Source of the DNA: Octopus vulgaris
Lineage: Eukaryota
Length of the DNA: 64,000 nucleotides
Assembly (NCBI GenBank): GCA_951406725.2
Contig: OX597818.1
Coordinates: 20,646,001-20,710,000 of the forward strand
Direction: 5' to 3'
The translations under genes and the position numbers were made by a program. Every line of letters begins with the position of its first letter. Within the stretch, counting starts at the first letter, position 1. Positions 12,176 to 28,176 of the stretch are shown here, in pieces. The notes below the pieces were generated by a model. It made no database searches. It saw only the letters and a program-made list of their open reading frames with translations, and was not told the DNA's origin.

Positions 12176-12489
12176 TCCAGTAGTGGTAAGTGCGGTCTTT
12201 GTGGCTCATCTGGAAAAGATCCTTGGACCCCGCTACATGTCTAAATTCAAGAACTGAACTTTGTGGATCATGTCCATACGTGACAAAATACCTGTTACGG
12301 TTTTGGGACTCCCAAAATTACGGATAGAATCCGCATTTTTACTATGTTCTTGCACAAGTTTCCCATATGTCATAACATTTATTATTATTTTTTATATATA
12401 TTGTTAATTTTTTTCTTTGACTTTCATCCTTCCGAGTTTGAGTAAATAAAGTACCAATCAAGTACTGTAGTCGGTATTATCAGCTCTTA

Positions 12490-12706
12490 CGAAGGGGTGC
12501 TGAAAAGTTCCTGGCTTTTGGTAACAGAAAATACAAGAAGATCAGTTAATTATAATTTTATTCAACATATTCCCCTCTCAGATTCACACGCTTATTGCTG
12601 CGGTTCTTCAGTTTTTCTAAATCCTGTAAAATAATTCGGAAGGTTGAACTTTCAACCAAGCCTTTCGAGATACTCTTAAAACCAGAAACTTTTCAGTAAC
12701 CCCTCG
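12490..12706 (-). mobile_element. Mariner-derived MITE, second copy inverted relative to 11155-11370
   Basis: Reverse complement of 11155-11370; left flank TA; TIR cgaaggggtgctgaaaagttcctggc. Confidence 0.85.
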
Positions 12707-12999
12707 AACATATCTCTCTGAATTTCTGGCTTTGAGACTTCAAAAGAAATTAAGGCGTTGTGGTATTCACTTTGGACTTTTTTCGCTCTGAGTTCAAATC
12801 TCAACGAGACCAACTTAACCTTTTTATCATTCCCTGGCCGACGTAATAAATACCGGCTATAACCTAGCCCCAAATTTCAGTCCTTGTTTTATGTCTGTCT
12901 ACAGTAAATGAAATACTAAGCTTTTTAGCAATGGAGATTAAAATATATATATATATATTAAAATAATTACTGACACACTCCATATGGAAAGTTGAAATA

Positions 13000-13250
13000 T
13001 TGGGTTGTCAGATAAATTCGTTTTTTTCACCCATTTGGCACTCTACCATCATATGTTTGAAAAGAGATCAAATTTATTCAAAATTCCAAAACGATTAACA
13101 AAAGTTGTGGAGGAAGAATAGAACTACAAAAAACAAAAACACTACAATACTATGGTAAAATATTTTTCATATTAATTCAAATAATTGAATAAAGAATTAA
13201 ATAAATGGTGGGTGGGGGATAAAATCCAACAGATTTATCTACCAACCCAA
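13000..13250. mobile_element. Tc1/mariner MITE
   Basis: TA-flanked TIRs ttgggttgtcagataaat / atttatctaccaacccaa. Confidence 0.7.
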
Positions 13251-13686
13251 TATAATAGCACATTTTATATGGAAAGTTGAAGTATAATAGCACGGTTTAA
13301 AGTTAGAAATTTGGAAAAATATATAGAAATCTAATTGTTTTATTAATTATACTTAAGTTTTAACAAACTTATGAACTATATATTTTTCAAAATTCCCTAG
13401 CATCATCCTATGGGTTTTGTGAAATCTTAAATTATAATTTTTCAAACCCGAGGACTCTGTTTGAGCATTCGTGCGCCAAAGTCTCTGAATTCTTATTTCT
13501 CCGATGTGGATATTTTTTTGCTCCATTTTTCCAGAGGCAACAAACCAAATACCAGAAATTAACTGCTCTCCATTCTGTTGAATATGTAATGTCGCTGAAA
13601 ATGTTTGGCTCTGTGGTAATATAAAAACGAGTGCTTAAGTTTGTCCTGTCATTATTTTGGCGATTTTCATGAGTTCGGTGTTGAAT

Positions 13687-13726
<40 letters not shown>

Positions 13727-13849
13727 TACGCGCACGCACATACACACACACACACACACACGCAGATACACGCACAAGGAATGATGAGCATGGTATTATA
13801 TGTTTGAGTCAGTTATGATCATTTCGATAATCGGTAAAATTCTTTACAT

Positions 13850-14165
13850 CATTGTTTCTCAACCATTTTCCTCTTATGTACTCCTTTGATTACTACTTTA
13901 TTCTGGTGGACACCCATAGCCATTCGAAGTTTAAAAACTAGCTTTATAGATGATTCTTTCAAAATTCCAATTTTGTTTTTCTCCCATTCACTTGTGTAGG
14001 TTTGCAGTAATACTCTCTAACAGAACATGTTTCAGTGGCCAGAAAGATGTTAAACTATGTTAAGCATTAGATAAAGAAACTAGCTGTTTCTTATAATAAA
14101 TATATCTAAAGTAAAATTTGTCCGTGGACCCCAACATACTAAAATCTTACGCGAACCCCCAATCA
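13850..14165 (+). mobile_element. hAT-type MITE fragment (same family as 23469-23814 and 63333-64000)
   Basis: Starts cattgtttctcaaccattt; internal cccatagccattcgaagtttaaaaactag is shared with the other copies. Confidence 0.6.
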
Positions 14166-14297
14166 ACATGAAAATCTATACGATATTAAATGAAAGTTCT
14201 ATTAATCATCTCTTCAGGCTAACTACAATTGCAAGACAGAAAAACAAACACCGGTTTTCATAGTCGAATTTGGTATATTAAGTATCTCGAAAGAGCG

Positions 14298-14328
<31 letters not shown>

Positions 14329-14663
14329 TGTATGTATGTATGTATGTATGTATGTATGTATGTATGTATATGAGTTCGCGCGCATGTATATACATACACA
14401 CACATGCACACGCATGCATTTTCATGTATGTGTGTATGTATGATTTTTATACCTATACAAATACGTATAAGTATTTGTATAGTTCAATAACTCTAGTTGA
14501 GCTATACTTCGATATGGTAAAAGTGTCCAGCCTGTGACGTCAATAAATTTTTATTGTTCCTGACCGCCTACTGTCCACTTTTTGTTTTCGATACTGGCCA
14601 ATGACTGCTTGAAGCTTATAAACTTCCTACACTTGGATCCCTGGATCTTACCCTTATACGCTG

Positions 14664-14767
<104 letters not shown>

Positions 14768-14975
14768 TGTGTGTGTATCATTCGCCCGACATAAAGTAAC
14801 GTACGCATGCATATATACACACGCACACACATATATATATATACATATATACGTTAGTTTATGTCGGGTGAATGATAGAGGAGTACTCAATACATGTTGT
14901 AGAGGATATCGTGTTTTTATCGAAACTGAAACTGAGAGGGAGAGGGGTAGACAGACAGACAGACAGACAGACAGG

Positions 14976-15063
<88 letters not shown>

Positions 15064-15066
<3 letters not shown>

Positions 15067-15254
15067 GTTTCTTTATTGGCCACACAGGGCTGCACACAGA
15101 TGGGACAAGTTACAAAGGTAGAGCTTTTCTTTTGGGGGATGAAAAAAGCAAAGAAACAAAAGAAAAAAAAAAAGGTTTTTGATCAAGAGGGATCGTAAAA
15201 GGGAAGAAAAGAACAAAAAAAAAATAATAAAATAAAAAATAAAAAGAATAAAAG

Positions 15255-15258
<4 letters not shown>
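15064..15258 (-). mobile_element. LINE 3' end inserted in (GATA)n
   Basis: Minus strand ends ttgtcccatctgtgtgcagccctgtgtggccAATAAAgaaact then (TATC)n; (GATA)n on both sides; tail resembles the long family A tail. Confidence 0.6.
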
Positions 15259-15339
<81 letters not shown>

Positions 15340-15959
15340 ATTCCAGGTAAATCAATAGGTATATGTGTTCCATTAGTAAGGAAGCATATTCATTGAAATA
15401 ATGTTAAATGCTACCTCAAATAGGAAAAATAAATCTAATATTCTTGTGTATGTATGTATATATCTATGTATCTATGTATGTACGTATATAGGTGTCTATA
15501 TGCTTAAGAAAGAACGTAATACATGAATCCATGCATCTATGCCACTATTAATGCATATGTGTGAGGAGAGGAGGGTGTCATCCTATGTAATAATCAAGTT
15601 GTTATATTACAAAAATAGCATCAACCGGAAGTCGACAGAAACAAACACTTGTAGTATGAATACATCTTTGTATTTTTTTATTTTTATTTTTTTTTACTTT
15701 TTATTTACTTATTTATTTTTATTTCACTCAGCCGACATTTTGTTTTTCGTTCGTCTTTTTGTTTTATAACATTTTCTTATCAAACATGACTTGCAGACAT
15801 GCAGTCTCGCAGACTCACTGACTCCTCAAGCTGATCTATTCGCAATTCTACGCCTACTGCCATCTGTCATTTTGAAACGCACAACGCTAAGCTAGACTAT
15901 TCAACGACATCTTAAATACACTGACGATACTTTTCATTCATGTTTGTTTTTGTACTTGG

Positions 15960-16358
<399 letters not shown>

Positions 16359-16634
16359 AAGATATTTCTTTAATTTCACTTCGCTGGGATTCCAAGAAGA
16401 AACAAGATTTTGTTTTTTTACAAGAGTCGTTTTCTTTCATTAATTCTTTCTTTCTTTCTTTCATACTTTCCGTTTTCAATCGCATTGAAGAGTAAAAGGT
16501 AGAGAGCTGGGTGGGAGGGACTACGCTATTTTCGTCGAAAACACCTCGGATAGTATTTATTTTAAAACGGAAAGGAACCAGACACAACAGATTGTGAAAC
16601 CCCTGTTACTATACAAAAAGAAAAATGGATGATT

Positions 16635-16665
<31 letters not shown>

Positions 16666-16769
16666 GTATACATATATATTATTATAGATAGATATATACA
16701 CACATATATATATACATACATACACACATATAAATATATATGGGGGATCCATGTGTCTGTATATGTACC

Positions 16770-16948
16770 CCATCACCGGTGTTGGTGTGTTTACGTCCCC
16801 CGTAACATCACACTTCGGTAAAAGAGACCGATAAAATAAGTACCAGGCTTTACAAAAATACTAAGTACTGGAGTCGATTCATTCGATTAAAAATTCTTCA
16901 AGGCCGTGCTCCAACATGGCCGCAGTCTAATGACAGAAACAAGTGAAT
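16770..16948 (+). mobile_element. SINE family B tail
   Basis: ccggtgttggtgtgtttacgtcccc...gtgctccaacatggccgcagtctaatgacagaaacaagt. Confidence 0.8.
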
Positions 16949-16971
16949 ATGTATGTATGTATGTATGTATA

Positions 16972-17017
<46 letters not shown>

Positions 17018-17754
17018 CATACATACATCCATGCATACATACGTACATACATACATACATACATACATACACACGTACTTATACGTGTGTGTGCGTACGC
17101 ATGGTAGAGTGGGGTGTCTATATCTTTTGTTATACTTTCAATCCTTTCTGTAAAGAAGTGGGTGGTATAAAACTAAGAAACGAAGCTGTAGCACTGCACC
17201 AGTAAAATGTTACTTCAAAAATAGGAAACTATGTTGAATATTTTCTCTTTTTCTTTCTCACTGGGATATTTTCATGCTATCTAATTGAATTTGCTGATAT
17301 TTATATAGTCTAGTTTGTGGTTCTAATATTTTTTTCCCTTTTGTGTCATAAATATCGAAAACTAAAGTGTTCCATACAAACGCAGAGTAGAATGCAGTAT
17401 ATATGTTTAGTCCCTGTTGTTACTCTTTTACTATAGTTTCATGCTAGCGCTTTGTAATTTCAAAGCAGCGATCTTCAGTGAACTTTCGCAGTAGTTCTGG
17501 AACAAAAAAAATAATGCTTTCTTTTTCTTACATACAAATTCAAGCACAAACACTCACGCATACTCATGCAAACAAATTCACAAACGCCCTTACGTACCTA
17601 CGCGCACGCACACACACACATACATGTGTGTGTGTGTTCGCGTGTGAATGTATCTATATATTGTAACCAAAGGATTATGTTGCATGACCAACTATAACAT
17701 TAAGAAAAACAAATTGATGATGTACTTTTCTCCGTATTCTTTATAATTTTTTTG

Positions 17755-17786
<32 letters not shown>

Positions 17787-17973
17787 ATTTTAGGAAGTTA
17801 AAAATTATAGCCTGTCAGAGTAACCATTGGTTTCACACTCATAAAGTGCCATGTATGCATATGTATGTATATTTGTATGTATGTATGTGTATTTGTACGT
17901 ATCTATGTATGTATGTATCTATTTATCTATCTATCTATCTATCTATCTGTCTATGTATGTATGTATGTATGTA

Positions 17974-18055
<82 letters not shown>

Positions 18056-18058
18056 TAT

Positions 18059-18420
18059 ATGCTCGAAATGAAGAGTAGGTGGACTGCCGACAACTGATGA
18101 AGAGTCCTTTCTCTGTGTTTAGTTGTCCTGTTCTCCATTTTTTTTCTCGTCTGTGTATTTAACCAGTTTGCTTACGTATTTCATGTTGTCTGAACCGTTG
18201 GTGATGTCCTGTACCCATATATGCATGTATATCTCCGTCCAGCCATGATCGACCGCTAGCCACTAAAGCGTTCTTTAGTTTCTGTTTATTTTCTCGTGTT
18301 CCTTTCTGTTGAAGAGCGTAGACTCGAAACGTAGAAGAGTATCTCACCTTCCCGAGCATTAAACTAATACACCTGTTTGTTGTTTATACACCTGTCTTCG
18401 TCTTTTGTAAATTCCAACTA
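18059..18420 (+). mobile_element. Adjacent P1 (18059-18235) and P2 (18255-18420) elements; hammerhead-like motif at 18302-18337
   Basis: Homology to 2585-2722 and 10274-10466; cttt-CTGTTGA-A-gagc(gtag)actc-GAAA-cg-TA-gaag. Confidence 0.65.
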
Positions 18421-19237
18421 TATACATATTATAAATTATAAAACGTGCCTGATACACCCTATAATGTATACAGTTCAGTATGCGTTTGTCATTAACTGGA
18501 TTACACTACTGGATCTAAATTTCGTCCAGACGACCTTCTTGCTCAACTGCAAACATGAACAGATTGAGAAAAAATATACTATAGCTATTATATAAAAGAG
18601 CATTTTCATTGCTTGTAAACACAGAATGCCAACGAAGAATATATTTACGTCTGAACTTCTCTATGGAAAATATCCTGATTTAACCACAGAAACCCTACAT
18701 GAAAGTACACGCCATAAAACAGAAAGGATGATAAAATATATGGGATGGAATGTATTTTTGCATTTCTTTATCTATTTATTTATTTATTTTTGCATTTATG
18801 AGCAAAGAGATAACAAAACCATATAAGAAGAGCATGGTCTCAGTTTCAAATCCCAGATGTGCCTAACACAATAAAGATTTAGACGCCCTTGAAAGTAACT
18901 TTTTTTGTATGATGTATAATGTAGAATTTATAATAACGATTTCCCACTCAAGCTAAGCCCGTTCTTGAAACAAATAGAAGCAATAAAATCTCACCAAAAT
19001 CCATAATATTAACATACAAAACTGCAGCTTTATACGAGATAAGTTATGATAACATTTTTACCTGTACAAGTTTCTAACAGATTATTTAGTTAACGTAAAC
19101 AGGAAACCGAAAGCATATTCACAAAACTTAACAGGCAAGATACGCTTTAAATGTTTTCACTACACTGAAACGCAAAATTTATTTCTAGAAAACACAATAA
19201 TGTAAATTATTAAATATGGCAAAAATGATTTAGATAC

Positions 19238-19380
19238 AATGTATTTGATCGAGTACAAGTCGCACAATTATATACTTGATTTCAACCGAAAAAAAACTGG
19301 GGTATGATTTATATACAAGGCAAAGCTAAAACTGTAAAGGGAAAAAAGATTCTTCACAAATTTGGGGTGCAACCTACACA
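19238..19380. mobile_element. Decayed Tc2/pogo-like MITE fragment
   Basis: tgtatttgatcgagtacaagtcgcac ... ggggtgcaacctacac resembles CCGTA-type TIR elements such as 44332-44843. Confidence 0.35.
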
Positions 19381-19445
<65 letters not shown>

Positions 19446-19527
19446 ACTCACACACACACATCGCGTATGTGACTCTCAAGTAGCAGCCACACCCTCAGTT
19501 TTATATATTGATATTAAATAAAGTGCT

Positions 19528-19700
19528 TTCAAATTCTGCCAAGGACAACTTTGCTTTACATTTTTTTGGGGTCGATGAAATAAATACCAGTTACGCAGTA
19601 GGGTCGATGAAATAAATACCAGTTACGCAGTAGGGTCGATGTAATTGACTTGCCTCCTTCTCCAAAATTTTAGGCCTTGTGCCTATTGTAGAAAAGATAT
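19528..19700 (+). mobile_element. SINE family A 3' part with an internal tandem duplication of about 32 bp
   Basis: gggtcgatgaaataaataccagttacgcagta occurs twice in tandem. Confidence 0.75.
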
Positions 19701-20635
19701 TAAATAAAATGTTGATTACTTATAGCATGGAAATTAGTAACTCCAATTCTCTGAAACGAATGGATCTGTTGTGTATATAAACCCATTGGCTACTTGTATA
19801 TCATGGATTGATTAAATGATGCAGATAACTTCTGATGAGAATGCAATAAGGTTCAATAATCGATTAAGGGTGTTCATCATCAATTCACGGCGAAATTTTC
19901 CATGTTTGAGTATCTACTATGTTGGTTTATCAACTACATATGTGGGAAATTCTGTCTGTGGATGAGTTTGTGGAGTTGTTAGCTAACTCCTCCTACATCG
20001 TTTTATCGATTTTGATGAAACTTGACACGTGAGTAGAACTCATGTCTGGAAACCTCAGATTGTTGAGAAAATCGATAATAGGGCCCTGGAAGAGATCCTT
20101 ATATATAGCCAAGGGAAATTACCCATTCATATTCCTAAATTATTTGGTAAAATGATATTGAGTATGCTTATTTCTTAGTATTTGAACTGTTAAAATTCTT
20201 TTCGCAATGTATCTATTACAATCCTTAAACAAGTAGATAGTATTTTCCTAAATAATGGACCCACTTATTTCGGTTAGTGACTTCTTCACGAATATACCAA
20301 CACTAGCGCCCCTGAGGGTAGTATTCTCTGGGAACGCACAAAAGCCCTTTTCAGACTTTTTTACTTTGAATTGTTATTATCTCATATCTGATTAACCTGT
20401 TATTACGTAACTTGCTTCACGATTTTAGTATACATACGTTATTAGTATTTCCTCGTATGTTCTATATACACTGGGAACGCATAACCTCAAACTCCACCAT
20501 TTCAAACTCCAACATTACGATCATCTTTGCTAGTACTACCAAACTACGATTACCGTCACAACCACCGCCACCACCAACATCACCACCGCCATACGTCCAC
20601 CATTACCAATTCCACCTGGAATGCTGGTGCTGGTG

Positions 20636-20676
<41 letters not shown>

Positions 20677-21214
20677 GACGAGGACACCATAACCACTTCT
20701 AGCATTGCATTATCATACCACCTCCTATATATACATCGACACAACTAAGGATTTCTACTCGACTTGCTAAAAGTAACAGCTGGCACGTTTACTAATGTGG
20801 TCCTGAGTTCTTTGTACAAAAAATAAAGCCGGGATGGTCACTGTTGGAATGCCTTGGTTATAGGTCTACCTATTCAGGGTTTACCTGGGGTTAAACAAGA
20901 ACAGCAGCACCGCACCTCACCCCTGCGAAATTTCATGGTCACCCATTAATAAATCTCACACCTACTCTGAAGTCTCTCCTCTCCCCACTCTTTCAAACCA
21001 TCGTTCTCTTTCTTTTCCTTATCCACCCACACCACTACCAAACTCCATTTCAAGAACCCGTGACTGTGACGTATCATGCAAAACGCATTGATCTTTTTTT
21101 AACCAATAGCAATCCAAGCTTGGTTTACCCCCTCACCACCACCACCACCACCATCACGCCCCACCATCGTCATTCTTCTTCACATTCTCAGTAGAGATGT
21201 GTATAAGCCAATGT

Positions 21215-21985
21215 GCGTGTGTGAATCTGTACGTGTATGCATGTGTGTGTATATGTGTATGTATGTGTACGTGTATGAGTGTGTACTTGTAAACGTGTGG
21301 CTTTGAACACGTTTGCGTTTGCTAGTGTCTGCGTGTATATGCATGTCTATATGTGTGTGTTTATGTGTATAAATTTATGTGTACATATGTGTATTTGTAT
21401 GACCATGTGTATGCGTATATGTATATACCTATTTACGTAAGTATGCACGTATGTATGTCTGCATATAAGTATATATGTACCTGCATACGTTTTAATGTAT
21501 GTACGAGTCGGTCTGTCTGTCTCTCTATTTGTATGTATGGATGGATGGATGTATATATGTGTGCATATATGTATATATGCATGTATGCATGCATGCATGT
21601 GTCTATTATGTATGTGTATGTATGCATGTATGTATGTATGCATGCATGCATATACGTATGCTTGTGTATGTATGTGTACATGTATGTATGTATGTATGCA
21701 TGCAAGTCTGTATCTATGTATGTATGCACGCATATATATATATGTATTTATATATGTATGCATGTATGTATGTATGCATGTATATATATGTATATATGTA
21801 TGCATGTACGTATGCATGTAGGTATGTGTGTATGCATGCATGTATGTACGCATGTAAGTATGTATGCGTGTGTGTGTATGTATGCATGTATGTATGTACG
21901 CATGTATGTATGTATGTATGTATGTATGTATGTATGTATGTATGTATGTATGTATGGACGTATGTATGTATGTGTGCATGTATGT
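21215..21985. repeat. Long degenerate (TATG)n/(TG)n purine-pyrimidine tract
   Basis: Directly visible; source of the MYVC/HTYI ORFs. Confidence 0.9.
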
Positions 21986-22247
21986 AGATAGGTGTTCTTT
22001 TTCTCTTTGTAATTTTGAGTTCATTTGGTCGGTCTTCTGCTTGGTAGTAAGGTTTTTAAGGAAAGCATCTTTTGTTAATCATCCATTAAATCTTAAGAAT
22101 GTCTTACAGATTTTTATTGTCCCACGTATCGTAATCATTTGTAGCGTGTGGTTTAAGGAGCTATATTCTGTCCTCTCCCCACAAAGACTCAAGTTGTGCC
22201 ATACTTTGCTCCAAACCAGTAGGTACATATTCTGTTGATCCAAAAAT

Positions 22248-22462
22248 AATCCTTTCTACAAAATGCACAATGCCTGAAATTTTGAAAGAGGGGACTAGTC
22301 AATTACATGGACTCCAATGTTTCCCTGGTACTTAATTTATCGACCCCGAAAGGTTGAAAGGCAAAGTTGACCTAGGCGAAATTTGAACTTAGAACGTAGC
22401 GGCAGACGAAATACCGCTAAGCATTTTGCCCGACGTGCTAACGATTCTGCCAGCTCGCCACC
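22248..22462 (-). mobile_element. SINE family A, full length
   Basis: Reverse complement of family A head and body. Confidence 0.85.
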
Positions 22463-22577
22463 TTGTTGCTCCAATATGTCACTAGGATACACGATTACCG
22501 TCACAACCACCGCCACCACCAACATCATCACTGCCATACGACCACCATTACCAATTCCACCTGGAATGCTGCTGCTG

Positions 22578-22653
<76 letters not shown>

Positions 22654-23468
22654 ATGTAATATGAAACTGAAAGTGTAACTTCAGCAGTAGATTTGCGAAC
22701 TGCTCATCAATAGTCCAAAAACGTTTATTTTTCCCTCCTGTATTTTCCTGAGGACATTAATGTGCAGAGGGTAGCTGGTTTCCATGACAGTGTATGTCTT
22801 CGTAGTCCTACACAACAATATCTGTCCGGTTGTGTGTATGTATGCCTGTATGTGTTCACTACGTACGTATGTGTGCATGTATGTGTGTATTGTGCATGTA
22901 TGTAGGCATGCATATATGCATATATGTGTGTATGTATGTATGCATACATGCATCTATGTATGCATGTCTTCAGGCATAGTCAAGTGATTAAAACGTCTAC
23001 TTGGCTGTTATGTGATTCTGGGTTCATTCCCAGTGATGCCTTGTGTATCCTAGTGATACCTCGGGTAATTTGTTACTTTTAATTAGGGAAGAATCTTTAT
23101 TTGAATACGAAAAGGTAGAGTGATAAAAAGTTAAGGACATAAAATTATACAAGATTAATCATCGAAAAGTTAAGGCGATCTCTCGCTCTAGAAAAATACA
23201 AGTGAATGAGCAATTGTATTTTAATATAGTTTCTGTTCGATCCAAGCCTTGCAAGTGAAACTGGATAGGAGGAAACTTTGCAGAACCTTGACAAATTGAC
23301 TGTATCGATAATTCTATGGTCAGCCCTTGTCAGATACTGTATTACTCTGATTCTGCCTGAGAATTACGTTAAAGGTATATGTTTCTGTGGAATACTCGTC
23401 CACTTCCATGTTAGTTTAACGAGTAATTAGTTTAGTTAATGGAGCAACTAAATGCTCATCGTCTTGAC

Positions 23469-23814
23469 TAGTGATTCTCAACCGGAGTCCATATGACCTC
23501 TGAGGGTTCATAGAAGATTTTTGGGGGTCAACACCAGTAAAATAGTAAATTGGGGATCCGCAGTAGTATTTTAAGTGTTGGCGAAAATTCTTGCTTACGA
23601 TGCATTTATTGCAAGAAGCAGCTAGCTTTATTTCTCTAACATTTTATATGGTTCAACCTGCACAAGTTAGAGTCTGAAAATCAAAGTAGGAACTTTGGTA
23701 TAAGCTTCTATAAATCTAGTTTTTAAGCATGAAATCGCTCTGGGGTCCACCAGGATAAAATAATAATCAAAAGGGCTTCATAAGTAAAAAACAAATATCG
23801 GTTGAGAACTTCTG
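23469..23814 (-). mobile_element. hAT (Charlie-like) MITE 1
   Basis: TIRs tagtgattctcaacc / ggttgagaacttctg; 8-bp TSD gtcttgac / gtctagac; inserted in a family D SINE tail (about 23320-23468). Confidence 0.8.
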
Positions 23815-23822
23815 GTCTAGAC

Positions 23823-23981
23823 TGGTGCTCTGTAACCTTTTTTCAAAATTCGGCGGCACACCCGAATTAAAGATATAACTAAAAGTATAGGGAAAAAGTT
23901 ATATTCAGGTTACACTGCGGCACACATAGCATCGTCTCGTGGTACACCAGTGTACCGCGGCATGCCGGTTGAGGAGCACTG
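23823..23981. mobile_element. hAT (Charlie-like) MITE 2
   Basis: TIRs tggtgctctgtaacc / ggttgaggagcactg; perfect 8-bp TSD gtctagac at 23815-23822 and 23982-23989. Confidence 0.8.
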
Positions 23982-24014
23982 GTCTAGACTAACGTAAGCT
24001 ACGACACATCTTTT

Positions 24015-24626
24015 ATCTTTCTTTTACTTGTTGCAGTCATTGGAGTGCAGTCATGCTAGGGCACCGCCTTGAATGGACCCCAGTACTTAGTTTTGTAAAG
24101 CCTGGTGTTTATTCTATTGGTCTCTTTTGCTGAACTGCTAGATAACGGGGATGTAAACAAACCAGCATCGGTTGTCAAGTGGTGATGGAAGGAAAGCTTT
24201 TATTATGATTTTGCTACACAACATCAGCAACAACAGCAATGTCAAACTTTTTATACGACGAGACACAGGTTGCACAATGTAGTCTTACATTATGAAATCT
24301 AAACAAAAAAATATTTAGGAAAGGATGGTCACATCTGGAACACATTTACACATGAGTCTGCTTAATTAAAGCAAATCTGGGAATTAGACAACTATAACAC
24401 ACTCATGCTTTCTCTGAAGGCAAAAGATCAAACGATGAATAATTCTTTGTAATGTAGGCGTAATGAGGGTAAATTACACTGAACCAGTACGCACCTGGTA
24501 CTTATTTTATCGACCACGAAAGGCAGATCCGACCACGGTAGAAATTGAACTCAGAATGTAAAGCCGGAACAAGCACCGCGAAGCACTTCGCTCGGCGTGC
24601 TAACGATTCTGCCAGCTCGCTGCCCT
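24015..24626 (-). mobile_element. SINE cluster: family B tail (24015-24190) and family A (about 24450-24626)
   Basis: Reverse-strand matches to both consensus bodies. Confidence 0.7.
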
Positions 24627-25047
24627 AGGAAAAAAATGTGATTAATATAACCCTAAATATACGAATTCAAAAGAAAAATAAGGGAAGGGCATGGCCGGCA
24701 TAACTATGATTATAAGTCACTACTATAAGGGCTGAAACGACAACGGCGATAACAGAATTGCCATAAACTACATCATTCCTTTACATATAGGGTGATAGGT
24801 ACAAAGATGACAATCAGAGTTAACATGACTCACTTTGTTTGACTTACAATTTACTGCAAACTAATAAATTTTTTAAAGCCTATTTGCTTTGACTCAACTT
24901 CCGCTTAGATGGCTATCAATCTGACTTCAGACTGAATAACTGACATTGGTAACTATGCTCTTATACATACGTACGTGCGTATGTATGTATGTATGTATGT
25001 ATGTATGTATGTATGTATGTATGTATGTATGTATGTATGTATGTTCT

Positions 25048-25540
25048 TATTCTTTTATTCTCTTGTTTCAGTCATTCGACTGCGGCCGTGCTGGAGTATC
25101 ACCTTAAAGGGTATTAGTCGAAGAAATCAACCCCACGACTTATTCTCTGTAAGCCTATCGATCTCTTTGGCCGAAAAGCTAGCTTACGGGGACATAAACA
25201 CACCAGCATCGATTGGTTGTCAATAGATGGTAGGGGGACATATACAGACACACACACACAAATATATATATACAGGCGTGGCTGTAAGAAGCTTTCTTCC
25301 TAACCACATGATTCCAGGTTCAGTCCCACTGTGTCGTACCTAGACAAGTGTCTTCTACTATAGTTTCGGGACTTGTAAGTGGATTTGGTAGACGGAGACT
25401 GAAAGAAGCTTGTATATATATATATGTGTGTGTGTGTTTGTTTGTTTGTTCCCCTACTATCCCTTGACAACTGATGCTGGTGTGTTTATGTCTCCGTAAC
25501 CTAGCAGTGCTCCAGAATGACAGAAACAAGTATAAGAGAA
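25048..25540. mobile_element. Family B tail (-, 25048-25250) next to an internally deleted family B copy (+, 25273-25540)
   Basis: Matches to family B on opposite strands. Confidence 0.7.
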
Positions 25541-25544
25541 AAGA

Positions 25545-27340
<1,796 letters not shown>

Positions 27341-28021
27341 GATTTACCCATCCTTTGATTTTCGTTTGATTTAATTATCTCGCCACTTGAGATGGCTGTT
27401 ATAAACAAGTCTCTCGGTACGATCACAACAGCTACAAACAGTCCTGGTGGTAGCGGCAGCAGCGGCGATGGCAGCGGTGGTGATGGTGGTGGTGGTGGTG
27501 ACGATATATGATGGTGGTGGTGGCGGCGGTTTCAGAGGTGGTAGTGGTATATGGTTGTGAACAAGGAAGGATGAATGGATGAATGGATGGATGGATGGAT
27601 GGAAGGAAGGAGAGTAGGCAGGAAGGAAGCGAGGAGAATGAGGGGAAGGAAGAAGAGAAGCAGGGAGGAGGTATGGAGAGAACGTGGAAGAAAACTAATG
27701 CAATTTCGATTATGTGCATTAATGGGCTATTTCATACATACGTACGTGTGTAATCCGTGTGTGTGTGTGCGTGTATGTGCTTGTCTGTGTATGTATACGT
27801 GCACACACGTGCATATATACATATATTTACATACACACACACACACACATATATATATGTATATATATGTATATATATGTATATATATGTATATATGTAT
27901 ACATATATGCATATATATGTACATATATGTGCATATACGAGAAGCACCTGCATATAATTACATGCATATACGTAGAAATTTATATACATATATGCGTGCA
28001 TGTGGGCATTTATTTATAGTA

Positions 28022-28055
<34 letters not shown>

Positions 28056-28087
28056 TGACTGACTGACTGACAGACTGACAGACAGAC

Positions 28088-28176
<89 letters not shown>

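Noticed and set aside
18059-18110. Type-II hammerhead in P1 (GAAA upstream of CTGATGA)
   Set aside because: Helix I cannot be formed in either copy; only isolated core words are present
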